A DNA stretch of 44,728 bases from Macrostomum lignano (taxonomy: Eukaryota), in assembly GCA_002269645.1 (NCBI GenBank), contig NIVC01004478.1:1-44728 (forward strand), given 5' to 3'. This document shows positions 22,801-33,601 of this stretch, in pieces. Every line of letters starts with the position of its first letter. Within the stretch, counting starts at the first letter, position 1. A program made the position numbers and the translations under genes. The notes beneath the pieces are model-generated. The model was not told the DNA's origin and ran no database searches. It was given only the letters and a program-made list of their open reading frames with translations.

Positions 22801-25398
22801 TAGGGTATTAGCTCGCAATGTATGATCGTGTCAATTGTGTCAGTAGCTGTAGGGTATTAGCTCGCAATGTATTATCGTGTCAATTGTGTCAGTAGCTGTA
22901 GGGTATTAGCTCGCAATGTATGATCGTGTCAATTGTGTCAGTAGCTGTAGGGTATTAGCTCGCAATGTATGATCGTGTCAATTGTGTCAGTAGCTGTAGG
23001 GTATTAGCTCGCAATGTATTATCGTGTCAATTGTGTCAGTAGCTGTAGGGTATTAGCTCGCAATGTATGATCGTGTCAATTGTGTCAGTAGCTGTAGGGT
23101 ATTAGCTCGCAATGTATGATCGTGTCAATTGTGTCAGTAGCTGTAGGGTATTAGCTCGCAATGTATGATCGTGTCAATTGTGTCAGTAGCTGTAGGGTAT
23201 TAGCTCGCAATGTATGATCGTGTCAATTGTGTCAGTAGCTGTAGGGTATTAGCTCGCAATGTATGATCGTGTCAATTGTGTCAGTAGCTGTAGGGTATTC
23301 GCTCGCAATGTATGATCGTGTCAATTGTGTCAGTAGCTGTAGGGTATTAGCTCGCAATGTATGATCGTGTCAATTGTGTCAGTAGCTGTAGGGTATTAGC
23401 TCGCAATGTATGATCGTGTCAATTGTGTCAGTAGCTGTAGGGTATTCGCTCGCAATGTATGATCGTGTCAATTGTGTCAGTAGCTGTAGGGTATTAGCTC
23501 GCAATGTATGATCGTGTCAATTGTGTCAGTAGCTGTAGGGTATTAGCTCGCAATGTATGATCGTGTCAATTGTGTCAGTAGCTGTAGGGTATTAGCTCGC
23601 AATGTATGATCGTGTCAATTGTGTCAGTAGCTGTAGGGTATTAGCTCGCAATGTATGATCGTGTCAATTGTGTCAGTAGCTGTAGGGTATTAGCTCGCAA
23701 TGTATGATCGTGTCAATTGTGTCAGTAGCTGTAGGGTATTAGCTCGCAATGTATGATCGTGTCAATTGTGTCAGTAGCTGTAGGGTATTAGCTCGCAATG
23801 TATGATCGTGTCAATTGTGTCAGTAGCTGTAGGGTATTAGCTCGCAATGTATTATCGTGTCAATTGTGTCAGTAGCTGTAGGGTATTAGCTCGCAATGTA
23901 TGATCGTGTCAATTGTGTCAGTAGCTGTAGGGTATTAGCTCGCAATGTATTATCGTGTCAATTGTGTCAGTAGCTGTAGGGTATTAGCTCGCAATGTATG
24001 ATCGTGTCAATTGTGTCAGTAGCTGTAGGGTATTAGCTCGCAATGTATGATCGTGTCAATTGTGTCAGTAGCTGTAGGGTATTAGCTCGCAATGTATGAT
24101 CGTGTCAATTGTGTCAGTAGCTGTAGGGTATTAGCTCGCAATGTATGATCGTGTCAATTGTGTCAGTAGCTGTAGGGTATTAGCTCGCAATGTATGATCG
24201 TGTCAATTGTGTCAGTAGCTGTAGGGTATTAGCTCGCAATGTATGATCGTGTCAATTGTGTCAGTAGCTGTAGGGTATTAGCTCGCAATGTATGATCGTG
24301 TCAATTGTGTCAGTAGCTGTAGGGTATTAGCTCGCAATGTATGATCGTGTCAATTGTGTCAGTAGCTGTAGGGTATTAGCTCGCAATGTATGATCGTGTC
24401 AATTGTGTCAGTAGCTGTAGGGTATTAGCTCGCAATGTATGATCGTGTCAATTGTGTCAGTAGCTGTAGGGTATTAGCTCGCAATGTATGATCGTGTCAA
24501 TTGTGTCAGTAGCTGTAGGGTATTAGCTCGCAATGTATGATCGTGTCAATTGTGTCAGTAGCTGTAGGGTATTAGCTCGCAATGTATGATCGTGTCAATT
24601 GTGTCAGTAGCTGTAGGGTATTAGCTCGCAATGTATGATCGTGTCAATTGTGTCAGTAGCTGTAGGGTATTAGCTCGCAATGTATGATCGTGTCAATTGT
24701 GTCAGTAGCTGTAGGGTATTAGCTCGCAATGTATGATCGTGTCAATTGTGTCAGTAGCTGTAGGGTATTAGCTCGCAATGTATGATCGTGTCAATTGTGT
24801 CAGTAGCTGTAGGGTATTAGCTCGCAATGTATGATCGTGTCAATTGTGTCAGTAGCTGTAGGGTATTAGCTCGCAATGTATGATCGTGTCAATTGTGTCA
24901 GTAGCTGTAGGGTATTAGCTCGCAATGTATGATCGTGTCAATTGTGTCAGTAGTTGCCGACAATGCAAATTGGCTGTCAAAACGTTTCTGACATTTTTCT
25001 CTGACCCTCAGGTGTCGGTGATGTACCGGCAGTGTCAGGAGCTGGGGTCCCGCTGTCTGGCGGTCCGCTACGAGGACCTGGTCTTGGACCCGCCGCTCTG
25101 GGTCGGCCGGGTGTCCGAATTCCTCGGCCTGCCATCGGAGCCGGCGATGCTGTCGCCCTGGCTGGAGGTCGGACGCCAGGTGCGCCTCTCAGACACCGAG
25201 CGCAGCTCCGATCAGGTGCGCCAGCCGCTGTACCTGGCCAGCCTGGCGGCCTGGGCGCGTGGCATGTCGCCAGAGTTCGCCCTGGCCGCGCCCCGCCTGG
25301 CGCCAATGCTGGAGGGCCTCGGCTACGACACGGAGCGGCTGCCGCCCCGCTACGGCCGGCCCAACCCCGCCTACTGGCGCAACGCCTCCTACTATTAG
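10853..25398 (+). CDS. TPST: Protein-tyrosine sulfotransferase, 4 exons (10853-11032, 12053-12304, 12700-12921, 25012-25398), about 346 aa
   Basis: N-terminal type II anchor, PAPS-binding GGMPRSGTTLMR, RCGVETR (catalytic Glu position kept), LCAKDP, AKFILMLRDGRA, VRYEDLVL, ERSSDQV, LGYD...YGRP. All junctions are phase-0 GT-AG. Confidence 0.93.
11081..11989. repeat. 20-bp minisatellite (tgagctgtgtccctgctgac and variants), about 45 copies, TPST intron 1
   Basis: Tandem copies with caag/tgag and acct/ccct variants. Confidence 0.95.
12958..15161. repeat. 49-bp minisatellite, left arm (45 units), TPST intron 3
   Basis: Unit ctgtagggtattagctcgcaatgtatgatcgtgtcaattgtgtcagtag, nearly invariant. Confidence 0.97.
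15162..15372. repeat. Left TIR and subterminal GGTCCG(TATT) repeats of the EnSpm element
   Basis: Repeated ggtccg motifs, many followed by tatt. Confidence 0.85.
16005..17714 (-). CDS. EnSpm accessory ORF2; N-terminal CIDE-N/PB1-like ubiquitin-fold segment; start exon not identified
   Basis: Uninterrupted frame of more than 560 codons inside the element, entered from a tttcag acceptor at 17716-17715 (LRICNGSEERKKLLPASGLTLADLRIKGCLKLDI...SDGFEIDDDD). Co-oriented with the transposase. Confidence 0.7.
   Translation of the reverse strand, partial: LRICNGSEERKKLLPASGLTLADLRIKGCLKLDIADVENVRIVTSDGFEIDDDDLISEVAKECRTVYFLLSGELLPSCGACPVEPSTTPKQQSEIRNVEIATTPSRGTQALSPNPAVAATAATTLPWPEVYSLPRMDDLANALRDLRMHPEKGSDLKMNATFVNKFLKFIVDHICLNYLSPNEPYLSSSQITDVCTSIVTSYPGLKDTSLSGSSSFWRQKLIRRFKELRFVGDFVDKSSPTVQEMRRKHGRLGHRRIILPNAAAAAAGPSAVTVSQRHKRQYKEVEGQEDDDDNEIIASRAKRANKQRINDDEDLIEEEGDDDSDAYDAGSAMAKSVDFGEFDTDVPPSHEARRTRLNETHHDSSISDVLNEMQALFPIRILRCQDLTVSDEIAPLVNIAVLQQEAYLMIQTYNRSKTDYVLPPSPSEMRSRIINALLLVYSKRQLLKNFKLCKDYVELPVVSEEDKLPVAVFLLLGRLRVDPSIILRDALPVRILTEDGKWCGVFVNGASIPFDSVTDSIIAFVIVFIAFNLQHLPALEAFLEVIEVLSGLRKKAVRKAAVAILDALR
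17846..18390 (-). mobile_element. 5'-truncated, decayed non-LTR retrotransposon (CR1/L2-like) fragment with a (TAC)n tail, nested in the EnSpm element
   Basis: VITYGCKVWG...LDNIQLKFYKSLL...TSNKVILNELNILPI...FWLKL resembles the post-RT segment of LINE ORF2 (ILxYGCEVWG...VQLKFCKxIL...TSNxAVLGELG). Trinucleotide run at 17846-17870. Confidence 0.62.
18694..21248 (-). CDS. EnSpm/CMC DDE transposase with two N-terminal C2H2 fingers, split by a -1 frameshift at about 19770-19785
   Basis: C2H2 fingers CSIC...HIKLYH and CPVRGC...HAYRMH. Core motifs LYSDEIEICNPIGSAKTKHKL, GDNLSIHRMLG, CRFC, (P)PDIMHDVFEG and WCMRGEAHH match animal EnSpm transposases. Confidence 0.9.
21676..21765. repeat. Right subterminal repeats (cggacc/ggtccg in both orientations) and TIR
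   Basis: cggacc and ggtccg motifs followed by ...TTACAGTG. Confidence 0.85.
21766..24953. repeat. 49-bp minisatellite, right arm (65 units), TPST intron 3
   Basis: Same unit as the left arm, resuming in exact register after the TSD. Confidence 0.97.
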
Positions 25399-27190
25399 TA
25401 GCAGCGGTGGCAAATGCTGGGGAGGTTGCGGAGGCTACTGGGTTCTGGAGTCTGGCGGCCTCTTGCCGCTCCTGTTGTCGCTGTGATTCGCTTATTATCT
25501 GCGTATGCTCTGCTTGATTCTGACGGTCACTGCAATGCTCTGCTACCTGAGCCACCTTATCTAGTCACAATTTCACTTGAAGCTCATTTTTTAACGCTTG
25601 TCCACACGCGAATTCTTTTTCGATTTAAAAATTTCTGGGCATCATTCGTTCACCGTTTTACCTTTTTGCTTTTTTGCTGCCAATCATATCTGATTAATAT
25701 AGTATAATATCTTATCATTTCACTGGAACCTTTGTCATCGAATCTCATTTTAGTTTTAGATGACTTTGCTTTTGGCTTAATTTGCCAGCAATCACAGTTT
25801 GTGTTTGAAATTTGCTTTTTTCTCTCGCAGGTTTTTACCATTTGCCTTTTTGAGTTTTTATTGAAATACACGTAATTGGAAATGTCTGCATTGAAATAGT
25901 CAGTTTGATCTGCTTTGCGGGCCTGCGCCATCATATCGAGTGCGGCTTGATGCGAAATGCCCGCCACTGTTTGTCTCTGAATTGCTATTGACACTGCGGA
26001 GAGGGCGTTGTTGGTTATCATTATTAGTATTATTTATTATTATTTTTTTTGTTTTTGTTTTTGTTATTATAAACTATGTTGATTAATTACGATTTGAAAG
26101 AATGCCGATTCTCCCTCTCCGACTCGCGCTGCCCCAGTGAGAAAATAAGGATATTGTGTTAACTCTGCCTCTTAATGAGAGCGGATTATCAGAGGGACGG
26201 ATTACCTGCCGAATCCCACAATTGGACCGGCAATGAGCGTGGCAAACCGTTTATCAAATACCTGCTCACTGAGAACAGTCCTCAAATACCATGGAGAAAT
26301 TTCAAGCTGCAGTCGATTTTGAAGTCTTTGCGTAATACATGTAGGCTCTTTGACTTGGCTGCTTTCTGCAAAATGCACCCAATTGCAGAAACTCCCAACG
26401 TTTTAATGAATTTTTTTGTCTCGCAAGCCCCCGTCTTGAGTCATATCGGGACATGGATGTGCATGAGTTTGCGGGCGAAATCAGCCCGGATTAAATCGTG
26501 TATTTGAAAAAATATGCGCAGGTAGCAGCCTGGAAAATGCAGCAATTCTAAAGAACAACGAGGGATCCCGGATGCTCTCATATTGCGTCGCAAACAATGC
26601 TGCAACTTAAGGCCTTTGTAGCAGTAGCAGTTTTTCAGTTTATCCGCATCTGCAGTCGGCATAGCAGAAACCCTCTTTCTCTCTGCTTGAATCTCTAATG
26701 CTGATGACTGACCATGTATCGTATGAGCAAAGCCGTTTAAGTACGTCTAGATAAAGCCTCTGCTGTGTCCTACAGTATCTTTTCAAAACTTAAAATCAGC
26801 AATTTTGTGAAGCGACTCCGATCAAAGCGAACAGGCCAAATTTCTTGCATGTTGGAAGATCAGACGAGTTGCAATTGAGCGCTAAAAACTAAACAATCTT
26901 GCTAACGCGTTTCGAACCGTAACATGGCCTTCAAAATGTTTGTTTATAAATTCGAAGAGTTCCGACATGAATGTGGCATCAGTGGTCCATGATCCGACCA
27001 GTTGAAGCACTACGGAAATTTTGTTGTTTTGTGAGAATTTGACAGGAGGTAATCGCTAAAGTAGTAAAACTTTAGAGTATTACAGCATCGCATGCTGGCA
27101 TAGTAAATTCAACAATGCGTTCACAATAACGATCCGAAACAGTTTGTACAGTAGCAAAGTTCCAGCTAGACTTCCTGATGTACATGTAGC

Positions 27191-30100
27191 TCAGTGGAAT
27201 TCCTCACCAGAGGCCGCGAAATCCGCGCAGCTGTCCATGGCCTGCCTGACCTCCGCTTTGAGGGAGAAAGGTCGGAACATGTAGCCGGCCCCCGAGTAGA
27301 ACTTGGACTGGAACTCAATCCTGTGAAGGGCAGGGTGCAAGGCAGTGAGCAGCCTATTCTCTGTAGAGTTCAGCCAAACTGAGCCACACACTACAGCCAG
27401 ACCGCTGAGTTTGGCTGAGCTGGGTTCCCCTGTCGCTTGCGGTCATCTCACATGAGCTTTAATTAGGGCTCTCACAGGGGCTTCTGGGCGCTCACAGGGG
27501 CTTTTGACCGCTCACATGGGCTTTAGGGCGCTCACATGGACTTTAGGGCACTCACAAGGGCTTTGCATGGGGCGCTCACATGGATGGGCTTACATGGATG
27601 GGCTTTAGGGCTCTCACAGGGGCTTTGGGGCGCTCACATGGCCTTTAGGGCTCTCACATAAGCTTTAGGGCGGTCACATGGGCTTTATTTAGGGCTCTCA
27701 CATGGGCTTTAGGGCGCTCACACGGGCTTTGGAGCTCTCACAGGGGCTTTCGGGCGCTCACAGGGGCTTTTGCAGGCGTTGCCGCAAGGCGACCCCGCAG
27801 CCAGCGAGGAGCCAATTGCAGTCACACTCCTGCAGATTACTTTAGCCGCACACCTATACGGAATGGCACTCGGCTACGTACGCAGGCACACACTCTCCGT
27901 GAATGAAGGGAATGTGGCTGCGAGCGGAATCGAACCCAAAGACTTTAGTGAAAGTCAGACGCAATGCAGCTCGCTAGAAGCCCCTCCACCAGACTCACCA
28001 GTGCAACCGCAGCGAGTGCAGCAGGGCCGTCATGCCCTCCATGCCAACCAGGATGCACACTGTGATGCAGGCCCACAGGCAGAAGCTGGCCGCCAGGGTA
28101 AGGCCACCCAGCAGCAGGGCGGCTGTGGGACTGGCAGCCAGCAGATCCGCCAGGCGGGTGGGCGGCATCAGCAGCATCGGCCACATGATCGCCGTCAGCT
28201 CTGCCGGCGGGTGAAGAGGACTTGAGAGATAAGTGCTTGAGGCGGAATCACAGGGCACGGCATGGCACAAACACAAACTCCAGTGCACATCATGGCATAA
28301 ACACAAACTCCAGTGCACAGCATGGCATAAACACAAACTCCAGTGCACAGTATGGCATAAACACAAACTCCAGTGCACATCATGGCATAAACACAAACTC
28401 CAGTGCACAGCATGGCATAAACACAAACTCCAGTGCACAGTATGGCATAAACACAAACTCCAATGCACAGTATGGCATAAACACAAACTCCAGTGCACAG
28501 CATGGCATAAACACAAACTCCAGTGCACAGTATGGCATAAACACAAACTCCAGTGCACATCATGGCATAAACACAAACTCCAGTGCACAGTATGGCATAA
28601 ACACAAACTCCAATGCACAGTATGGCATAAACACAAACTCCAGTGCACAGTATGGCATAGAAACAGAAGCTTTCCTGCTTCTATTTATTCCAAAGCTGTT
28701 AGTCTGGCAGCCGTCACCTCCGTGCGCAAGTCCGATGGCCCACAGTCGCAGGTAGGAGGCCGAATGCGACAGCGAGCTGAGCAAGAACTCAAAGCAGGCC
28801 AGGCAGTGCTCAAGCAGGTCGAACTGCTTCTCCCCGTGAGCACAGTCCAGCGGCTCCGGCTCGAGCTTCGGCAGCGACTTTCCTCGACTGCCGGAGTTGC
28901 TGGACGATGACAGGGGCGTCAGCGGCATCGCCGAGTCAGACTTGCCCCTGCCAATCTCCTCTTCTTCGCGGTCTCCGGGGACGTCGGTGGCTGCAGCCGT
29001 CAGTTTCTGTTCCGCCTTCGCCTTGGAGCTGCTACTGCCTCTACTGGTCAGCGCATGGTGGATCGGCAACCCGAAGATGGCGAGCAGAGCGCTGGCCGCT
29101 ACGCCGGCTACAATGGCGTGCTCCACGTAGCGCTGCGGGCGGGCGGGCATTGGGTTGGGAGGGCTCGTGGCTTCTGAATGCAGACTGGTCGCTTAGAGTG
29201 ACCGTGGGATCTGTGTACCCAAAAGACCATGATGGGGCTAGCATCCCCCCCATGGACCATGATGGGACCAGCATCCCCAATAGACCATGATGGGATCAGC
29301 ATCCCCAATAGACCATGATGGGACCAGCATCCCCAATAGACCATGATGGGACCAGCATCCCCAATAGACCATGTGGGATCAGCATTCCTCAATAGACCAT
29401 GATGGGATCAGCATCCCCAACAGACCATGATGGGACCAGCATCCCCAATAGACCATGTGGAATCAGCATTCCTCAATAGACCATGATGGGATCAGCATCC
29501 CCAACAGACCATGATGGGACCAGCATCCCCAATAGACCATGTGGAATCAGCATTCCTCAATAGACCATGATGGGATCAGCATCCCCAACAGACCATGATG
29601 GGACCAGCATCCCCAATAGACCATGTGGGATCAGCATCCCCAATAGACCATGATGGGACCAGCATCCCCAACAGACCATGATGGGACCAGCATCCCCAAC
29701 AGACCATGATGGGATCAGCATCCCCAACAGACCATGATGGGATCAGCATCCCCAACAGACCATGATGGGATCAGCATCCTCAATAGACCATGATGGGACC
29801 AGCATCCCCAATAGACCATGATGGGATCAGCATCCCCAACAGACCATGATGGGATCAGCATCCCCAATAGACCATTATGGGATCAGCGTCCCCAATATTA
29901 GTGCAGAGCTCACCCACCTGTCCGGAATAGTAGGTGGCCAGGTAGCAAGGTGTCTCCGTGTACTCCAGGCGGTACATGGCGATCAGCATGGGCAGCAGGG
30001 CGGGAGCGCAGGCGGCATCGCGGGGCAGCACGGCCAGCCACTTGCGCAGGATGAGGGCCACGGGGTAGCCCGTCAGCAGGCAGTGGAAGGCCATCTTGGC

Positions 30101-33100
30101 GGAGCTGAACAGCCACACGCGGGCGGTCCGGCCAGCTCGGATGTCGTTGACGAGTTGGAGGGCGAGGCCGAGGCCCAAATGCAGGGTGCCGAAAATGATG
30201 CTCAGCTTCATGCGCGCGGAGTTGAGAAATTTCACCTGCAGTTGGGTCACGTGCTGAATATATAATAATTTTGTAGCGGCAGCCCTGCATATTTCTGGAT
30301 TTTAAATTGTGAATCTTTTTGTAATTTTGCAGAAACTTCTGGCGATCCAGTCGACCTGCAGCCAGCGAAGAGGCGATTTCCGCTACGCCTTGTGCCTTGG
30401 CTCTCGTCAGCGAAAACCAGTACGTGAGCACCAAATGAACGTGGAATTTATCAGTGCACTATCTGAGCGCTACCCTTGTGCCACCCTAACCAAATCTAGC
30501 AATTTTTACACGGCGGGATTTAAAATACACAAAATCTCACCTGATTAGCCGCGCTGCCCCACATGCTGTCGGTTACCCAGCTCATCACGTGACCATCCTC
30601 CTTTGGTGCGAGCTGCAGCTGTGATATCGACCTATAAGGTTGTGCGAATAAGAAAATATTAATAGTCCGTCACTGTCAACGAAAAAGTCTCTGGAAGATT
30701 CCTCGTTCATAAGTGAGGTTGCCAGCACAGTCCCGCACCCACTCACTGGTTAACGAAAGTCCCATAGGTGAGGTTGCCAGCACAGTCCCGCACCCACTCA
30801 CTGGTTAACGAAAGTCCCATAGGTGAGGTTGCCAGCACAGTCCCGCACCCACTCACTGGTTAACGAAAGTCCCATAGGTGAGGTTGCCAGCACAGTCCCG
30901 CACCCACTCACTGGTTAACGAAAGTCCCATAGGTGAGGTTGCCAGCACAGTCCCGCACCCACTCACTGGTTAACGAAAGTCCCATAGGTGAGGTTGCCCA
31001 TGGAGAACTGTGAGTGTCGGCGCCAGCCGCCGGTCAGCCCGAAGCCGTCGTTGAGGACGGCGCCGCAGTACACCGCAAAAACGGCGCACATGAGAAGGAG
31101 GTGGCGCCCCGGCCGCAGCGGCGCCAGGCTGCGGGCCACGTCCGGGTGGAGGAAGCGTCCGGGCGGCAGGAACAGCGCCAGCGCCAGCGCCATGAGCAGC
31201 AAGCCGTGGCCCCAGTCAGCGAACATGATGGCAAACAGGAAGGGAAAGGTGACGGCGGTGAAGGGCGTAGGATCGATTTCCCAGTGGGCCGGCACCCCAA
31301 ACTGGTAGGTGAGGTCCCGCACCGCGGCGGTCAGTTCGTGCCGCGGCATCCGTGTCGGCGGCCTGCGCCGGCTGTTCTCAACCAGGCGGACGGTGGCGTG
31401 CAGGCCGGAGGCCCTGCTGGACCCCACAGCCAGTGCCTGCCGCACCGAGTCCACGGCCTCGCGCGAGCACCAGACCTCGCCAACGTAGAACTGCTTGCCG
31501 TAGCCGCGGCTGAAGCCGTCCAGCGCCCGGTGCACCGCCTGCATGGCCGTCAGCTGCGCGAACCAGCGACGCCACTTCGTCCAACCATTCAGCGCCAGTC
31601 GCTTCCGGTGCTCCTCGCCCTCCAGGAACACCTGGCGCATCTCGCTTAGCCTCTCCTTTGTTTCCATTAAGTGGTTTCGGCGGTCCTCCTGGCTGATCGG
31701 CACCGAAAACACCTGTGCGCCCAGCATGCCGCAGAGACGTTCGGCCGTGCGACTCTGCGATTCCGACAGGGACACGATGAGGAACACGTTGTGTGGCTCC
31801 ACGGGCTCGTCCCGCTGCGAGTTTGGGGGTGGAAGAGATGGATATCGGGTGGAAACCATTTGAGATCGGGTGGAAAACCACTGAGATCGGGTGGAAAACC
31901 ACTGAGATCGGGTGGAGACCATTGAGATCGGGTGGAAACCATTTGAAATAAGATGGAAACCATTGAGATCGGGTGGAGACCATTGAAATCGGGTGGAAAC
32001 CACTTGAGATCGGGTGAAAACCGTTGAGATCAGGCGGAAAGTCTTGAGATCGGGTGGAGGTGACGGAGAGTGTTCGCAAAATACAAGCGTATTGCTTTGT
32101 ATGTGACACAGGATGGCAAACACAAAGAAAAGATAAGATAGGAACTTAATGATGTCTCAGAATGAGCCAGCAATTAGCAAAATGCTGACCAGGTCTCGCT
32201 GATCCCTGACCGGGATGTCCGTATACAGAGCTGTCAGATGGAATCGGCGCCACACGCCCAGGCGCAAACAGTGAGCCTTTGATGTGGGCACCACGCCGAC
32301 TATGAATCTGAAATTTTAATGGCGTAGGGCCTGTAGTATCTGCATGGTAACTAGCCACCCCACACAGCTCCAGCCGGGCACTCACAACAGAGACCACACG
32401 TCACCCCACACAGCTCCAGCCGGGCACTCACGGATCTATGGCATTGCCCCCCCCCAACGCTACACAGCTCCAGCCAGGCCTCTACGGCATTGTCCCCCCC
32501 CCAACGCTACACAGCTCCAGCCAGGCCTCTACGGCATTGTCCCCCCCCCCAACGCTACACAGCTCCAGCCAGGCCTCTACGGCATTGTCCCCCCCCCCCA
32601 ACGCTACACAGCTCCAGCCAGGCACTCACGGCAGAGTCCTGTCAGTGGATTCCGCACTCGTGTCCAGCTCAGTGGAGCTGCCTCCATGCAGAAGAATGCC
32701 AGCAGCCTCTTTGTCCGCCATTGCCGGTACCGACCTGGGGGTCGCGTCCCTCGAATTCGTCTGCGATCATGGTTAGCTTTACAAATTTGAAGGCACAAGC
32801 AAGAGCATCACATTTAAGTCTAGTATCCACTTACAGCCCAGAATACATTGTCCAGACAGTCCAGAATGTTCACCAAGTGCACCAGTCTGACGTACTCTGA
32901 GTTCATGTCGGCCTCAAGTTTGGCGAGCTCCGTCAGGTCTTTGTGCAGGCTACAGATGCTGGCCTAGGGGGTCAATTAGTTGTAATGGTTTCTAGTCATA
33001 GATGGGGGCTGTGGCCGTGGGCACCAAGGTAAAATATTATCACACAGAAAGAGACAATTCTGCCCGTCGACTCCCCGAGCAGTGCAAGTGCGCAGTACAC

Positions 33101-33601
33101 ATGCATGAATGAATGCACTCAAGCAGGCTCCTGACAATTTTAATGCGCTTTTGGTGTTCGCCCTTTTGGGCATCAGTTGCGAACGCTGCACTTCAAGAAT
33201 GGCCAAGTCAGGCACAACAGGAGCTTTGCACCAAAACACATGCTGCCTCCTACCTCAAGGTCGAACAACATCTTGGGTTTCAGCGTGGCAGCCAACGAGT
33301 CGATCTCAGACTCGTCCGGCCGCCAGTCGCTGCCGCAGTGCAAGCGGATGAACTCCCCGTAGGCGGTCAGGTGACTCCGCACGGAACCCAGCGTCATCAG
33401 TAGGTCTCGGCAGTGCTTGGATGGCCCCGAGATCGAACTCACGACTATCGGGGTGGAGCGGGAGCCGTCGCTGCCGATGTGAACGGGTGCGTCCAAGTTT
33501 CCCAGGGCCACCAGGCACTCGAAGGCCACTTCGGCCGGAACGAGGAGCTCACACAGGACGAGCGATTCAGGAAACAGAAAGGACTCTGAATCTCCAGACA
33601 T
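27191..33601 (-). CDS. ATP6V0A: V-type proton ATPase V0 subunit a, divergent; 10 exons (33601-33254, 32963-32835, 32760-32630, 32307-32190, 31814-30967, 30631-30541, 30235-29918, 29132-28718, 28200-27999, 27320-27191), about 909 aa
   Basis: Motifs [90 protein letters not shown]. All nine introns are GT-AG with matching phases. Confidence 0.92.
27448..27771. repeat. Degenerate ~20-bp repeat (gggctttagggcgctcacat), last V-ATPase intron
   Basis: Imperfect tandem units. Confidence 0.8.
28256..28659. repeat. 30-bp minisatellite (catggcataaacacaaactccagtgcacag), about 13 copies
   Basis: Tandem copies in V-ATPase intron 8. Confidence 0.95.
29226..29895. repeat. 28-bp minisatellite (gaccatgatgggatcagcatccccaata), about 24 copies
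   Basis: Tandem copies in V-ATPase intron 7. Confidence 0.95.
30713..30998. repeat. 55-bp tandem repeat, about 5 copies, spanning a V-ATPase exon end and splice donor
   Basis: On the minus strand the unit is 32 nt of exon plus GTGAGT and 17 further intron bases. Confidence 0.95.
31850..32062. repeat. 21-22-bp degenerate repeat (gagatcgggtggaaaccatt), V-ATPase intron 4
   Basis: About 9 imperfect units. Confidence 0.85.
32352..32629. repeat. ~48-bp repeat (cacagctccagccaggcctctacggcattgtccccccccaacgcta), V-ATPase intron 3
   Basis: Imperfect tandem units with a variable poly-C run. Confidence 0.85.

Noticed and set aside
12958-24953. Large regular array read as a CRISPR locus
   Set aside because: Units are contiguous with no unique spacers, there are no cas genes, and the context is a eukaryotic intron. 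The same holds for all other arrays.
25650-26662. Three 73-123 aa ORFs between TPST and V-ATPase
   Set aside because: No recognisable motif and no splice support; probably UTR or intergenic DNA. A BLASTx would settle it.
27770-29392. Overlapping ORFs such as HWSLCLCH... and WHKHKLQC...
   Set aside because: Readings of the 30-bp and 28-bp arrays or antisense to V-ATPase exons.
30963-32123. 386-aa ORF as a single exon
   Set aside because: Its first ~100 residues translate the 22-bp intronic repeat; the real exon starts at the acceptor at 31814.
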